Positions 20,993 through 30,360 of a DNA stretch of 64,000 bases are shown one piece after another. The position numbers and the translations under genes are program-made. The stretch comes from an uncultured Gemmatimonadales bacterium (GTDB lineage Bacteria > Gemmatimonadota > Gemmatimonadetes > Gemmatimonadales > Gemmatimonadaceae), in the NCBI GenBank assembly GCA_963701965.1, contig OY969695.1:4096001-4160000 (forward strand), given 5' to 3'. Under the pieces are notes generated by a model, which was not told the origin of the DNA, did no database searches, and worked only from the letters and a program-made list of their open reading frames with translations. How positions within the stretch are numbered: position 1 is the first letter of the stretch; every line of letters starts with the position of its first letter.

Positions 20993-21008
20993 TGTGAATC
21001 CCTTCACA
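20993..21008. promoter_or_regulatory. CRP/FNR-family palindrome TGTGA-N6-TCACA upstream of clpX
   Basis: TGTGA atccct TCACA. A minus-strand extended -10 (TGnTATTAT, 20974-20966) places the site centre at about -41.5. Confidence 0.65.
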
Positions 21009-21034
21009 AACACCGTGTGCGCCGCATCACGTAA

Positions 21035-21306
21035 AGCTCCGCGTCGCGGAGCTCAGTTCAACCGACTGCGACTAGCGGGTGCGTTTTTCAGCACCCTGCT
21101 AGAGCTCCGCGTCGCGGAGCTCAGTTCAACCGAGTGCGACTAGCGGGTGCGTTTTTCAGCACCCTGCTAGAGCTCCGCCCAGCGGAGCTCAGTTCAACCG
21201 AGTGCGACTAGCGGGTGCGTTTTTCAGCACCCTGCTAGAGCTCCGCCCAGCGGAGCTCAGTTCAACCGACTGCGACTAGCGGGTGCGTTTTTCAGCACCC
21301 TGCTAG
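21035..21306. repeat. Tandem array of four 68-bp multi-hairpin units
   Basis: Units at 21035-21102, 21103-21170, 21171-21238, 21239-21306: AGCTCCGC(GTC/CCA)GCGGAGCTCAGTTCAACCGA(C/G)TGCGACTAGCGGGTGCGTTTTTCAGCACCCTGCTAG. Confidence 0.97.
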
Positions 21307-21314
21307 TGGCTAAG

Positions 21315-21944
21315 TCATGCTGTGACGGTGGGTTGTTTCGACGTTTCGACGACTTCGCCGCGTTGCGCGACGATATTGTCGATCAGTCCGTACGACTTGG
21401 CTTCCTCGGCGGACATGTGGTAGTCGCGCACGATGTCCCGCTCGATCTGCTCGACCGGACGGCCCGTGTGCTTCGACATGAGATCGTTCATCTTGGAGCG
21501 AAGGTACAGGATCTCCCGCGCCTGGATCTCGATATCGGCCGCCGTGCCCTGCGCGCCGCCCGAAGGCTGGTGGATCATGATGCGCGAGTGCGGCAGCGCC
21601 GAGCGGCGGCCCTTGCGGCCCGCTGCCAGCAGGAAGGCGCCCATGCTGGCCGCGATGCCCATGCACGTGGTATTCACCGGACTCCGGAGATACTGCATCG
21701 TATCGTAGATCGCGAGCCCGGCCGAGACGCTCCCGCCAGGGGAATTGATGTACAGATAGATGTCGCGGTCCGGATTGTCCGCGTCCAGAAACAGCAGCTG
21801 CGCGATGATGATGTTCGCGACGTCGTCGTTGATCGGCGTCCCGAGGAAAACAATGCGGTCCATGAGGAGCCGCGAGAAGATGTCGTACGTGCGCTCGCCG
21901 CGGCTGGACCGCTCAATGACGTACGGAGGATAGATCGTTGCCAT
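21315..21944 (-). CDS. clpP: ATP-dependent Clp protease proteolytic subunit
   Basis: [39 protein letters not shown] at 21944 ([11 protein letters not shown]). Confidence 0.97.
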   Translation of the reverse strand: MATIYPPYVIERSSRGERTYDIFSRLLMDRIVFLGTPINDDVANIIIAQLLFLDADNPDRDIYLYINSPGGSVSAGLAIYDTMQYLRSPVNTTCMGIAASMGAFLLAAGRKGRRSALPHSRIMIHQPSGGAQGTAADIEIQAREILYLRSKMNDLMSKHTGRPVEQIERDIVRDYHMSAEEAKSYGLIDNIVAQRGEVVETSKQPTVTA

Positions 21945-22025
21945 ACTGGCCTCGGTTGGACTAGGCAATGCTGTGTGTAAATCTACGTGCCGGGTCAGGT
22001 GCTCTTGCTCCCAGGTGCTCACGCC

Positions 22026-23276
22026 TCAGGCGCCGTCGCTGACGGTATTCCGCTCCAGCAGCCACTTAAAGACCTTGTCCTCCGTAATGGCGCGCTCGAT
22101 TTCGCGGAGCCGCCCCGCTTTCTGGAGCGAGGCGTACACTTCGCCCGGGCTCGCCTTGCGCTTGCTGGCCGTCTCGGCGATCCGATCGTCGAGCTCCGCT
22201 TCCGTCGCCGAGAGTTTCTCCCGCTCGGCGACCGTATCAATGATGAGATCGCGGCGCACCTGCCGCTCGGCCATCGCCTTGAACTCGGTCGAGAAGCGTC
22301 CCCGATCTTCCTCGGGAATCTGATACGCGCTGGCATAGGCATCGACGAGCTGCGCGACCCAGCTCGGCGGCACGTCGAACGGATTGGCGCTGGCGATCTC
22401 ATCGAGCAGCTTCTGCCGCACGGCCGCGTCCGCGTCGCGCACGGCGTGCTCCTCGAGGTCGTTGCGCACGGTCTGCCGCAGGGCGCCGAGCGAGTCGAAA
22501 TCGCCGACTTCCCGCGCGAAGGCATCGTCGAGTGGTGGCAATGCTTTGCGCTTGACGTCCTGCAGGGTCACGCGCACGGGCTTCGTCTTGCCGCGCTGGG
22601 CCTCGTCGGGGAAATCGTCCGGCCACTTGACCGGGCGCTCGACCGTCTGTCCAGGCCGGGCTTCCATGATGAGCTCTTCGATACCCGCAATGGCCTGGGA
22701 GCCGCCCAGCACGAGCCGATATTCCTTGCCGGCGTCGACAATGGCGCCCGAATCGTCGGCGGTCGCCAGCAGCACGGTCACCATGTCGCCGGGCTTGGGC
22801 AGATCCTCGACCGGCGACCACGAGGCGCGCTGGTCGCGCATCTGCTCGATCTGCTCCGTGACATCATCGTCCCGGATGGGGCGCGAGGGCCGGTCCACGC
22901 GGAATCCGGACACACGGGGCAGGGGAATCTCCGGCCGAACCTCCAGGTGCAGCTCGAACGTCAGGGGCTGCCCCTCGGCGAACTTGACGTCATGCACGTG
23001 GGGCTGAGCGGCGGGCTTGAGCTGCTCGCGCTCCAGGGCCTGCTTCGCCGCCTCCTGGACCAACGTCTCGATCGCCTGCTGGCGGATGGCGTCGCCAAAT
23101 CGCTTCCGCACCATGGCGGCGGGTGCCTTTCCGGGCCGGAATCCCGGCAGCCGCACCTTGGTGGCGTATTGCTGCGCGGCCGATTGCTCGGCGACCCGGA
23201 CGTCGTCGGCGGGTACCGAGACTTCCAGCAGCCGCTCCACTCCGGTCGTTTTCTTCGCCGTGACCTGGATGTTCAT
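22026..23276 (-). CDS. tig: Trigger factor
   Basis: LPGFRPGKAP ribosome-binding signature, FKBP-like central domain, position before clpP. Confidence 0.95.
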   Translation of the reverse strand: MNIQVTAKKTTGVERLLEVSVPADDVRVAEQSAAQQYATKVRLPGFRPGKAPAAMVRKRFGDAIRQQAIETLVQEAAKQALEREQLKPAAQPHVHDVKFAEGQPLTFELHLEVRPEIPLPRVSGFRVDRPSRPIRDDDVTEQIEQMRDQRASWSPVEDLPKPGDMVTVLLATADDSGAIVDAGKEYRLVLGGSQAIAGIEELIMEARPGQTVERPVKWPDDFPDEAQRGKTKPVRVTLQDVKRKALPPLDDAFAREVGDFDSLGALRQTVRNDLEEHAVRDADAAVRQKLLDEIASANPFDVPPSWVAQLVDAYASAYQIPEEDRGRFSTEFKAMAERQVRRDLIIDTVAEREKLSATEAELDDRIAETASKRKASPGEVYASLQKAGRLREIERAITEDKVFKWLLERNTVSDGA

Positions 23277-23285
23277 AGGGGAATA

Positions 23286-25278
23286 TTAATTGGGCGCAAT
23301 GCCCAGCGCCCGATACACATCGGTCGCGCGGTACAAGACGCCGCCCCGGACGGTCAGTTCGACTTTTCGAATGTCTCCAATGTGCGCCAAGGGGTTGCCG
23401 TCGACCAAGAATGACGTCCGCTTGCTTGCCTTCGGTGATGGACCCGCGTTCCGCGTCGTGATGCATGATGCGGGCGGATCCGATCGTCGCCAGTTGGAGA
23501 ATGGCCGGTGCCGGAATGCCGGCCTCGGCGTACAGCTCGAGCTCGCAATGATACAGGAATCCGGCGAGGCCATCGGTACCGGCGACAATGGGGATACCGG
23601 CGCGGTACGCTTCTCCCACCATCCGAACCATGGCCGCGTAGGACTGGCGATAGCGCTCATCCAGCCCCGGTGGGACCGGGAGTCCGCCGCCGTACAGGCC
23701 GCGACGCACCTGGGCTGGCAGTCGCGCCGCGATGGGCGAGAAGCTCCGGGAGAGCACCCGTGGCCGGCCGACGAACATGTCCTCGAAGGCGCCGAGGGTC
23801 GGATCGAGATCGGTGCCTCGTGCTTTGAGTAATCGCAGGAAGCTTTGGACGCGCTCGGACTGCAAGTCGAGGGCGGCGCCGCTGGCGGCGACCGCGGTAA
23901 ATCGCGACATCGCGCGGGTGTCACGGACGGTGTCCATGAAGTTGAGCATCAGGAAATTCGCGTGCTGCAGCTCGTCGAATCCCAGCCGCACGACTTGCTC
24001 GGCGGTCATGAAGGCGGGCACGTGGCCGCTGACGCGCAGGCCATGGCAATGTGCTTCATCGATGATGGCGGGGACGAGCTCGGGCTTCATCGAGCTATAG
24101 ATCTTGATCTGCTCGAACCCGAGCGCGGCGTACCGGTCGACTGCGGCACGCCCCTCGGCTTCCGTGGACGCCAACATACCGATGGGTACCTGATACGGGC
24201 CGGGCGAGTCAATGAGGCCGGCCAGCACCACGCGCGGGCCGATCAACTCACCCGCATCGAACTGGCGGCGTAGGCGCAGCACGTTCGCGGTGTCGTTGCC
24301 CATGTCGCGACCAGTCGTGACGCCGGCCGCGATATCCAGCATGCCTTCCGTGCCCGGCTGAATGTGGACGTGCATGTCCCACAGGCCCGGTAGCAGCATC
24401 TTGCCGGTCGCGTCGATCACGGTGGCGCCCGGCGGCGCGACCACCGCTCCGTCCTCTCCCACGCGCTCGATGCGGTCGCCGCGGATGACGACCGTGGTCC
24501 GAGGGCGCGCCTGCGCGGTGATGGCGTCGAACAGGGCCGCGTGCTGGAACACGAGGATCGCGGGATGCTGGGCCAGCGATCGCGCGACGCGCGTCAGGCG
24601 CGCCGACTCCACGCTGTCCTGCGCGGCGATCATGGCCGGCACGGCCTTCTCCCATCCCGTCCGGATCGTGCTCGACCACGAGGACACGGTCCCGAAGAAC
24701 CGCTCCTCTTCGTCGAGCCAGATCGGCGCGGGGTCAAACCCGAGTCCCGTGACGGTCCACAGCACGACCGTCTGGGAACGCCCTTTCGCCTCCACGGCGA
24801 GCGACCGCACGCGCTCGATGTGCGCCTCACCAGCCGGCAGCAGCGGCAGGGTATGCGCGGGTGCCGCCACGAGCGCCTGAGCCAAGGCGGCCGAGGGCGC
24901 GCCGGCAACGTCAATGTAGTAGCCGGGCCGCGCCGGTTGTTCCTGGTCGCCTTCCACGTTGTTCGACCAGCGCATCGTCCGGCCGTCCGTCGAGAATCGT
25001 TCGTCGACGGTGTCCTTGAGATAGTCGTGCCCTTCGATGGCCACCAGGCGCGGAGTGCCACCGGCGCCGGCGATCACATGCTCGCGCACCTGGGGCCCCC
25101 GCCCCCGATCGTTGAACTGGTAATCCGCCCACCATTCCGCGCGCGTGCCCCAGATCGAGAGGGCGCCGGCCGGCCGGTCCGAGAACAGGACGGTGTAACG
25201 CAGGGTGTCGCCGGTCGACTGGGCGGACAGGCGCGCCGCGAGACTCAGGAGGCTTAGGAGGAGCGACAGACGGGTCAT
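23286..25278 (-). pseudogene. Secreted amidohydrolase (imidazolonepropionase-like) with a frameshift near 23410 close to the C-terminus (possibly sequencing error)
   Basis: Signal peptide; LLPGLWDMHVH, AGTD, GSITEGKQADVIL; continues as LVDGNPL...VRGG in another frame ending at 23286. Confidence 0.85.
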
Positions 25279-25279
25279 A

Positions 25280-25355
25280 TGCTCGGGGGAAGGATTCGAA
25301 CCTGCACTGGGTGACAGGTCGCTGACGCCGCGTGGCACATATCTATAAGGCGAGC
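25280..25355 (-). other. Degenerate copy of tRNA-Leu (attR-like or pseudo-tRNA)
   Basis: GTGCAGGTTCGAATCCTTCCCCCGAGCA resembles the tRNA-Leu 3' end GTGCGGGTTCGAGTCCCGCCCCGAGCA. The 5' GCTCG and internal ACGCG sit at the same offsets as in the real tRNA. Confidence 0.7.
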
Positions 25356-25413
25356 GCGACATCTGCCATCATGCGGTGATCGGGCGAAAGGACCACGGAT
25401 TGATGGGTGCTTC

Positions 25414-26256
25414 ATGACGATTGCTGTCGTACTCAAGGTTGGCGACGGGCTGATACTCGGTGCTGACAGCGCGGTGACTCTTACTGGCAGCAAGGGAGTA
25501 ACGAACGGCTACTTCAACGCTGAAAAGATCTTCCGTCTTGGGCGAGACTTAAGGGTCGGGGGCGTGACGTACGGCCTCGGTCAACTTGGCGGGCGGTCCA
25601 TCACGAGCTTGGCGAAGGATCTTAAGGCTCTGATGTCCGCGAACGAGCAGCCCTGGAGTGCATCGCCGACCACGTACACGATTGAGGAAATCGCCACCAA
25701 GCTTCGCCGCTTCTACTACGAGGACCGCTATCGAGCGGAGTACGCGCCAAGGTCGCTCGATACGGGCAAGTACCCCGGCCTGGGATTTTTCATCGGAGGC
25801 TATTCAGCGAATGCCGAACATCCGGAGGTTTGGCGGGTCGAGGTTGACGAGAACGGTAACTGCGACGCACCTGTCCGGGTTATCGATAGTGACAAAGTCG
25901 GTGCCCTGTGGGCCGGTCAGCCGGAAGCGCTGAACAGACTGATGAATGGGTATTCGGGTGCGGTTCTCGAGGGGCTCGTCCAATCGGGCGCGCCGCTGGA
26001 TGAAGCGTTTAAGTTTCTAAGGTCTCTGCCCGTGACCCACCTTTCAGCCGCTGCGATGCCGATACAAGATGCGATCGACCTCGTCAAATACATGGTCGAG
26101 GTGACGGCCGGTTTTGTTAGGTTTGCGCCCGGACCTAAGACCGTGCATCCTCCTACGGACGTAGCGGCCATCACGCGACACGAGGGGTTCTGTTGGGTGC
26201 AGCGCAAGCATTATTTCAACCGCGAACTCAACCCGAGCTTTGGAACTCAATGGTGA
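25414..26256 (+). CDS. Proteasome-beta/Ntn-hydrolase-like hypothetical protein (island gene)
   Basis: N-terminus (M)TIAVVLKVGDGLILGADS...NAEKIF gives Thr1, Asp17 and a KI-motif Lys. More A/T-ending codons than its neighbours. Confidence 0.7.
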   Translation: MTIAVVLKVGDGLILGADSAVTLTGSKGVTNGYFNAEKIFRLGRDLRVGGVTYGLGQLGGRSITSLAKDLKALMSANEQPWSASPTTYTIEEIATKLRRFYYEDRYRAEYAPRSLDTGKYPGLGFFIGGYSANAEHPEVWRVEVDENGNCDAPVRVIDSDKVGALWAGQPEALNRLMNGYSGAVLEGLVQSGAPLDEAFKFLRSLPVTHLSAAAMPIQDAIDLVKYMVEVTAGFVRFAPGPKTVHPPTDVAAITRHEGFCWVQRKHYFNRELNPSFGTQW

Positions 26257-26257
26257 A

Positions 26258-26431
26258 ATGACAGTCACCGTGCACAGCATTCCCACGGATACACCGAACC
26301 TGCCGGGATACACATATCCCCCGCCGAGCATCGATCGAGGACAGACGGGCCCGGAACTTCATCCGACCCCAGCGCCGCTTTCGCGCGAAACGGTCGAACG
26401 GTTGCGCGAATCCCTCCGGCAGCGCGCCTAG
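26258..26431 (+). CDS. Small Pro/Thr-rich hypothetical protein (57 aa)
   Basis: ATG one base after the stop of the Ntn-like gene; C-terminal amphipathic helix LSRETVERLRESLRQR. Confidence 0.45.
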   Translation: MTVTVHSIPTDTPNLPGYTYPPPSIDRGQTGPELHPTPAPLSRETVERLRESLRQRA

Positions 26432-26519
26432 GCGATCTCCTAGCCTGACTGGTTAGGGCTGCGCGGCCACGCCGATGGGCCGCGGTGGCGCGGCGGTGCA
26501 AAGCGTTGCGGCACAACAA

Positions 26520-26601
26520 TGCTCGGGGCGGGACTCGAACCCGCACGTCTTGCGACACGGGATCCTAAGTCCCGCGCGTCTACCAATTCCGCCACCCGAG
26601 C
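26520..26601 (-). tRNA. tRNA-Leu (anticodon TAG)
   Basis: GCTCGGGTGGCGGAATTGGTAGACGCGCGGGACTTAGGATCCCGTGTCGCAAGACGTGCGGGTTCGAGTCCCGCCCCGAGCA: class II cloverleaf with long variable arm; CCA not encoded. Confidence 0.97.
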
Positions 26602-26604
26602 GAC

Positions 26605-26635
26605 AAAAAAGGGGCGCTGCCGAAGCAGCGCCCCT
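26605..26635 (-). terminator. Rho-independent terminator downstream of degP
   Basis: Minus strand AGGGGCGCTGC-TTCG-GCAGCGCCCCT followed by a T-run. Confidence 0.85.
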
Positions 26636-26665
26636 GAATACTAGCGAAATCGGGCTGGACCCGCG

Positions 26666-28207
26666 CTACTCACCAATGCGCAGGCTCACCACGTGGCCGA
26701 TCGGCCCCTGTTGGGTCGGGGAGTAGACGAGCAGGGACACGTAGTCGCCGTTCTTGGTGTTGGACAACGCGGCCTGCAGGTCGCTCAAGGTGTGCACCAC
26801 CTTCTTTGGCTGCGGATACAGCACCTGGGCGATGATGTCGTTCGGGTTGAGCTTCCCGCGCGCCGGGCCATTGACGTTCACCTCCGTCACCTGCAGCCCA
26901 CGGTCCTCGCTCGGCAGGTTGTTATCCTGCGCGAACTGCGCGCTCACCGGCTCGACGGAAACGCCCAGCTTTTCGGTGCTCTCACCCGCTGACGGTTTGC
27001 TGCCGGCCGGACTGTTGTCCGCGACCTGCTCCTCCTGCGGCGCCTCCATGAGCTTGACCGTGAACGTCTTCTTCTGGCCAAAGCGCATGACCTCCAGCGT
27101 CACCGTCTGTCCGGGCTCGTGCGACCGAATGATCCGCTGCAACGCGCTGACCCGGTCCACCGGCTTCCCATCGGCCCCGACGATGATGTCGCCGACTTCC
27201 AGGCCCGCCTTCTGCGCGGGGCTCGAACCATCGGACGGCGTGAAGCCGTTGACCTTGGCCCCACCGATCGTCTTGAGGCCCGCCGCGCCGGCGTCGTCCG
27301 GCTCCACGGGATTGATCGCGATGCCGATCACCGCACGGCGCACCTTGCCGTACTTGATGATGTCCTCCATCACGCTCTTGGCCAGCGTGATCGGAATGGC
27401 GAATCCGTACCCCGAGTAGTAGCCCGTCGGGCTCGCGATCGCGCTGTTGATGCCGATCACGTTGCCCTGGCCATCGACCAGCGGACCACCAGAGTTGCCC
27501 GGATTGATCGCCGCATCGGTCTGCAGGAAATCCGACACCGCGTACGCCGACGGCAGCAACCCTTGCAGGTCCGCCCCGCCGCGCCCCTTGGCGCTCAGGA
27601 TGCCCGCCGTGACCGTCTCCCGCAGGCCCAGCGGATTGCCGATCGCCAGCACCCACTCGCCAACTTTCGCGGCGTTATCATCGCCTAGCGCAACGGTGGG
27701 AAGATCCGTCGCGTCGATCTTGATCACCGCGACGTCCGTCGTCGGGTCGCGACCCACCACGTGCGCCTTGAAGACCCGCTGGTCGTCGAGCGCCACCGTC
27801 ACCCGGTCCGCATCGGCGACGACGTGATTGTTGGTCAGGATGTAGCCGTCTTTCGTGACAATGAACCCCGACCCGCTCGCTTCCTGCGGCTCGACACGCT
27901 GCGGGCCAAACTGCTGAAAGAAATCCTCGAGTCCGGGCGGCACCCGGCCCCGCTGCCGTGGCCCGGTCATGAGCTTCGCGTCGCGCTGCGTCGTGATCGA
28001 CACGACCGCCGGCGTCACGTGCTCGGAGATGGAGACGAACGAGTTACTGAAGTCCGCGACCGGACGCGTGTCCTGGGCCGGTGGCTTCGAAGGAGTCTGC
28101 GCGAAGCTCTTGTGCGTCAGGTCGAAGGCAGAGGCGAAGATGAGGCCGCCGGCAAACGCCCCGACGATCGCACCGCCAATCCGCGCTCGGGCGATCAATG
28201 GTGGCAT
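26666..28207 (-). CDS. degP: Do/DegP (HtrA) family serine protease with PDZ domains
   Basis: GSGFIV, ILTNNHV, DVAVIKI, QTDAAINPGNSGGPL, two PDZ domains. Confidence 0.95.
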   Translation of the reverse strand: MPPLIARARIGGAIVGAFAGGLIFASAFDLTHKSFAQTPSKPPAQDTRPVADFSNSFVSISEHVTPAVVSITTQRDAKLMTGPRQRGRVPPGLEDFFQQFGPQRVEPQEASGSGFIVTKDGYILTNNHVVADADRVTVALDDQRVFKAHVVGRDPTTDVAVIKIDATDLPTVALGDDNAAKVGEWVLAIGNPLGLRETVTAGILSAKGRGGADLQGLLPSAYAVSDFLQTDAAINPGNSGGPLVDGQGNVIGINSAIASPTGYYSGYGFAIPITLAKSVMEDIIKYGKVRRAVIGIAINPVEPDDAGAAGLKTIGGAKVNGFTPSDGSSPAQKAGLEVGDIIVGADGKPVDRVSALQRIIRSHEPGQTVTLEVMRFGQKKTFTVKLMEAPQEEQVADNSPAGSKPSAGESTEKLGVSVEPVSAQFAQDNNLPSEDRGLQVTEVNVNGPARGKLNPNDIIAQVLYPQPKKVVHTLSDLQAALSNTKNGDYVSLLVYSPTQQGPIGHVVSLRIGE

Positions 28208-28246
28208 GCAGTCTAATCCATGGTCTGAGGGTTACTCTAATCTACA

Positions 28247-28279
28247 CTTCCCGGACGCGCGTGTTTCGCGTCCGGGAAG
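28247..28279. terminator. Perfect 13-bp hairpin between dnaK and degP (terminator or mRNA stabiliser)
   Basis: CTTCCCGGACGCG-cgtgttt-CGCGTCCGGGAAG; no clean U-tract. Confidence 0.55.
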
Positions 28280-28329
28280 CACACCGTATTCATGAGACGC
28301 GTCAGACGCGCCAGCGGTTTACCAATTTC

Positions 28330-30267
28330 TTACTTCTTGTCGTCCACGATCTCATAGTCCGCCTCGACAACGTCGTCGGGCTTGCCGCCAGTGCCCGCCG
28401 CCGGCTCCTGAGCGCCCGTGGTCGGGCCACCCGTCGGACCGCCGCTCGCGGCACCCTGCTGCTGGTACAGCGACTGGCCCGCCTCGCTGTACGCCTTCGA
28501 GAGCTCTTCCTGCGCCGACCGGATCTCGGCCGCGTCCGAGCCCCGCAACGCTTTCCGCGAGCGCTCGATGGAACTCTCGAGCCTCGTCTTGAGCTCCGGC
28601 GAGAGACGGTCTGACCACTCCTTGGCGTTCTTCTCCACCTCGTAGGTCATCCCATCCAACCGGTTCCGTGCGTCGATCTCCTCGCGCCGCTTCTTGTCAT
28701 CGGCCGCGTTCGACGCCGCGTCCTTCACCATCCGGTCGATCTCGGCGTCCGACAACCCACTCGACGCCTCGATCCGGATCTTCTGTTCTTTGCCCGTGGT
28801 CTTGTCGCGAGCCGCCACGTGCAAAATGCCGTTGGCGTCGATGTCGAACGTCACCTCGACCTGCGGCATCCCCCGCGGAGCGGGCGGAATGCCCGTCAGC
28901 TGGAACTTGCCGATCGTCTTGTTGTACTGCGCCAACTCGCGCTCGCCCTGCAATACGTGAATCTCGACCGTCGTCTGGTTGTCATCGGCCGTCGAGAACG
29001 TCTCCGTCTTCTTGGTCGGAATCGTCGTGTTCTTGGGGATGAGCACGGTCGTCACACCGCCCAACGTCTCGATGCCCAGCGACAGCGGCGTCACGTCGAG
29101 GAGCAGCACGTCCTTCTGCTCGCCCGTGAGCACCGCGCCCTGGACTGCCGCGCCGATGGCCACGACTTCGTCCGGGTTGACGCTCCGGTTCGGCTCCTTC
29201 CCGAAGAACCCCTTCACGACCTCCTGCACCTTGGGCATGCGCGTCTGGCCGCCGACGAGGATGACTTCGTCGATCTCGTTCGGCTTGAGCCCGGCGTCTT
29301 TCAACGCCTGCTCCATCGGCGCGAGCGTGCGCTTGATCAGGTCATCGACCAACTGCTCCAGCTTGGCCCGGCTCAACGTGTAGTTGAGGTGCTTCGGGCC
29401 GCTCTGGTCGGCCGTGATGAACGGCAAATTGATGTCGGTCGACGGCGCCGAGGACAGCTCCATCTTGGCCTTTTCCGCGGCCTCTTTGAGCCGCTGCAGC
29501 GCCATGGGGTCCTTCGACAGGTCGATCGCCTGGTCGCGCTTGAACTCACCCACGAGCCAGTCGATCACGCGCTGGTCGAAGTCGTCGCCACCCAGGTGCG
29601 TGTCGCCATTCGTCGACTTGACCTCGAACTGCCGCGACCCGTCGACGTCATACAACTCCAACACCGAGATGTCGTACGTGCCGCCGCCCAGGTCGAACAC
29701 CGCGACTTTTTCGTCCTTTTTCTTGTCGAGACCGTAGGCCAACGCCGCCGCCGTGGGCTCGTTGATAATGCGCAGCACATCGAGCCCGGCGATCTTGCCC
29801 GCGTCCTTCGTCGCCTGCCGCTGCGAATCATTGAAGTAGGCCGGTACCGTGACCACGGCCTTCTCCACCTTGTGACCCAGATAGTCCTCAGCGGTCTGCT
29901 TCATCTTTTGCAGGATCATCGCTGAGATTTCAGGGGGCGTATACCGCTTGCCCTGCACCTCGACCACGCCCATGTCGTTGGGACCGGCGACGACCTTGTA
30001 CGGGACACGCTTAATCTCATCCTGCACTTCGGACAGCTTGCGCCCCATGAAGCGCTTGATCGAGAATACGGTGTTCTGCGGGTTCGTCACCGCCTGCCGC
30101 TTCGCGATCTGGCCGACGAGCCGCTCGCCGTCCTTGGTAAAGGCGACGACCGACGGCGTCGTCCGGCCGCCTTCCGCGTTTGGAATTACGACGGGGTCGC
30201 CGCCTTCCATGACCGCCACCACGGAATTCGTCGTCCCGAGGTCAATCCCAATAACTTTGTCTGCCAT
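28330..30267 (-). CDS. dnaK: Chaperone DnaK
   Basis: [36 protein letters not shown]-terminal VVEADYE. Confidence 0.99.
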   Translation of the reverse strand: MADKVIGIDLGTTNSVVAVMEGGDPVVIPNAEGGRTTPSVVAFTKDGERLVGQIAKRQAVTNPQNTVFSIKRFMGRKLSEVQDEIKRVPYKVVAGPNDMGVVEVQGKRYTPPEISAMILQKMKQTAEDYLGHKVEKAVVTVPAYFNDSQRQATKDAGKIAGLDVLRIINEPTAAALAYGLDKKKDEKVAVFDLGGGTYDISVLELYDVDGSRQFEVKSTNGDTHLGGDDFDQRVIDWLVGEFKRDQAIDLSKDPMALQRLKEAAEKAKMELSSAPSTDINLPFITADQSGPKHLNYTLSRAKLEQLVDDLIKRTLAPMEQALKDAGLKPNEIDEVILVGGQTRMPKVQEVVKGFFGKEPNRSVNPDEVVAIGAAVQGAVLTGEQKDVLLLDVTPLSLGIETLGGVTTVLIPKNTTIPTKKTETFSTADDNQTTVEIHVLQGERELAQYNKTIGKFQLTGIPPAPRGMPQVEVTFDIDANGILHVAARDKTTGKEQKIRIEASSGLSDAEIDRMVKDAASNAADDKKRREEIDARNRLDGMTYEVEKNAKEWSDRLSPELKTRLESSIERSRKALRGSDAAEIRSAQEELSKAYSEAGQSLYQQQGAASGGPTGGPTTGAQEPAAGTGGKPDDVVEADYEIVDDKK

Positions 30268-30360
30268 TGAACCCCTCTGATGTTGTCTGGATACTGACGT
30301 CGACCCCAAAGCAAACGAGAGGCCGGGGATTTCGGCCAATCTGGCAGCTATCGAGGCAGT

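Noticed and set aside
21035..21306. CRISPR array
   Set aside because: Units are near-identical over their whole 68 bp with no unique spacers, and no cas genes are in the window.
22990..23410. Amidohydrolase C-terminal extension overlapping tig
   Set aside because: Product of the frameshift near 23410. The family-typical tail (LVDGNPL...) is in the frame ending at 23286.
25414..26256. HslV or Anbu ortholog call
   Set aside because: No TT[IV] start or adjacent hslU, and no TYC start or Anbu operon partners. Only fold-level similarity can be supported.
25280..26601. Intact prophage or integrative element
   Set aside because: No integrase or phage genes; only a 1.2-kb remnant.
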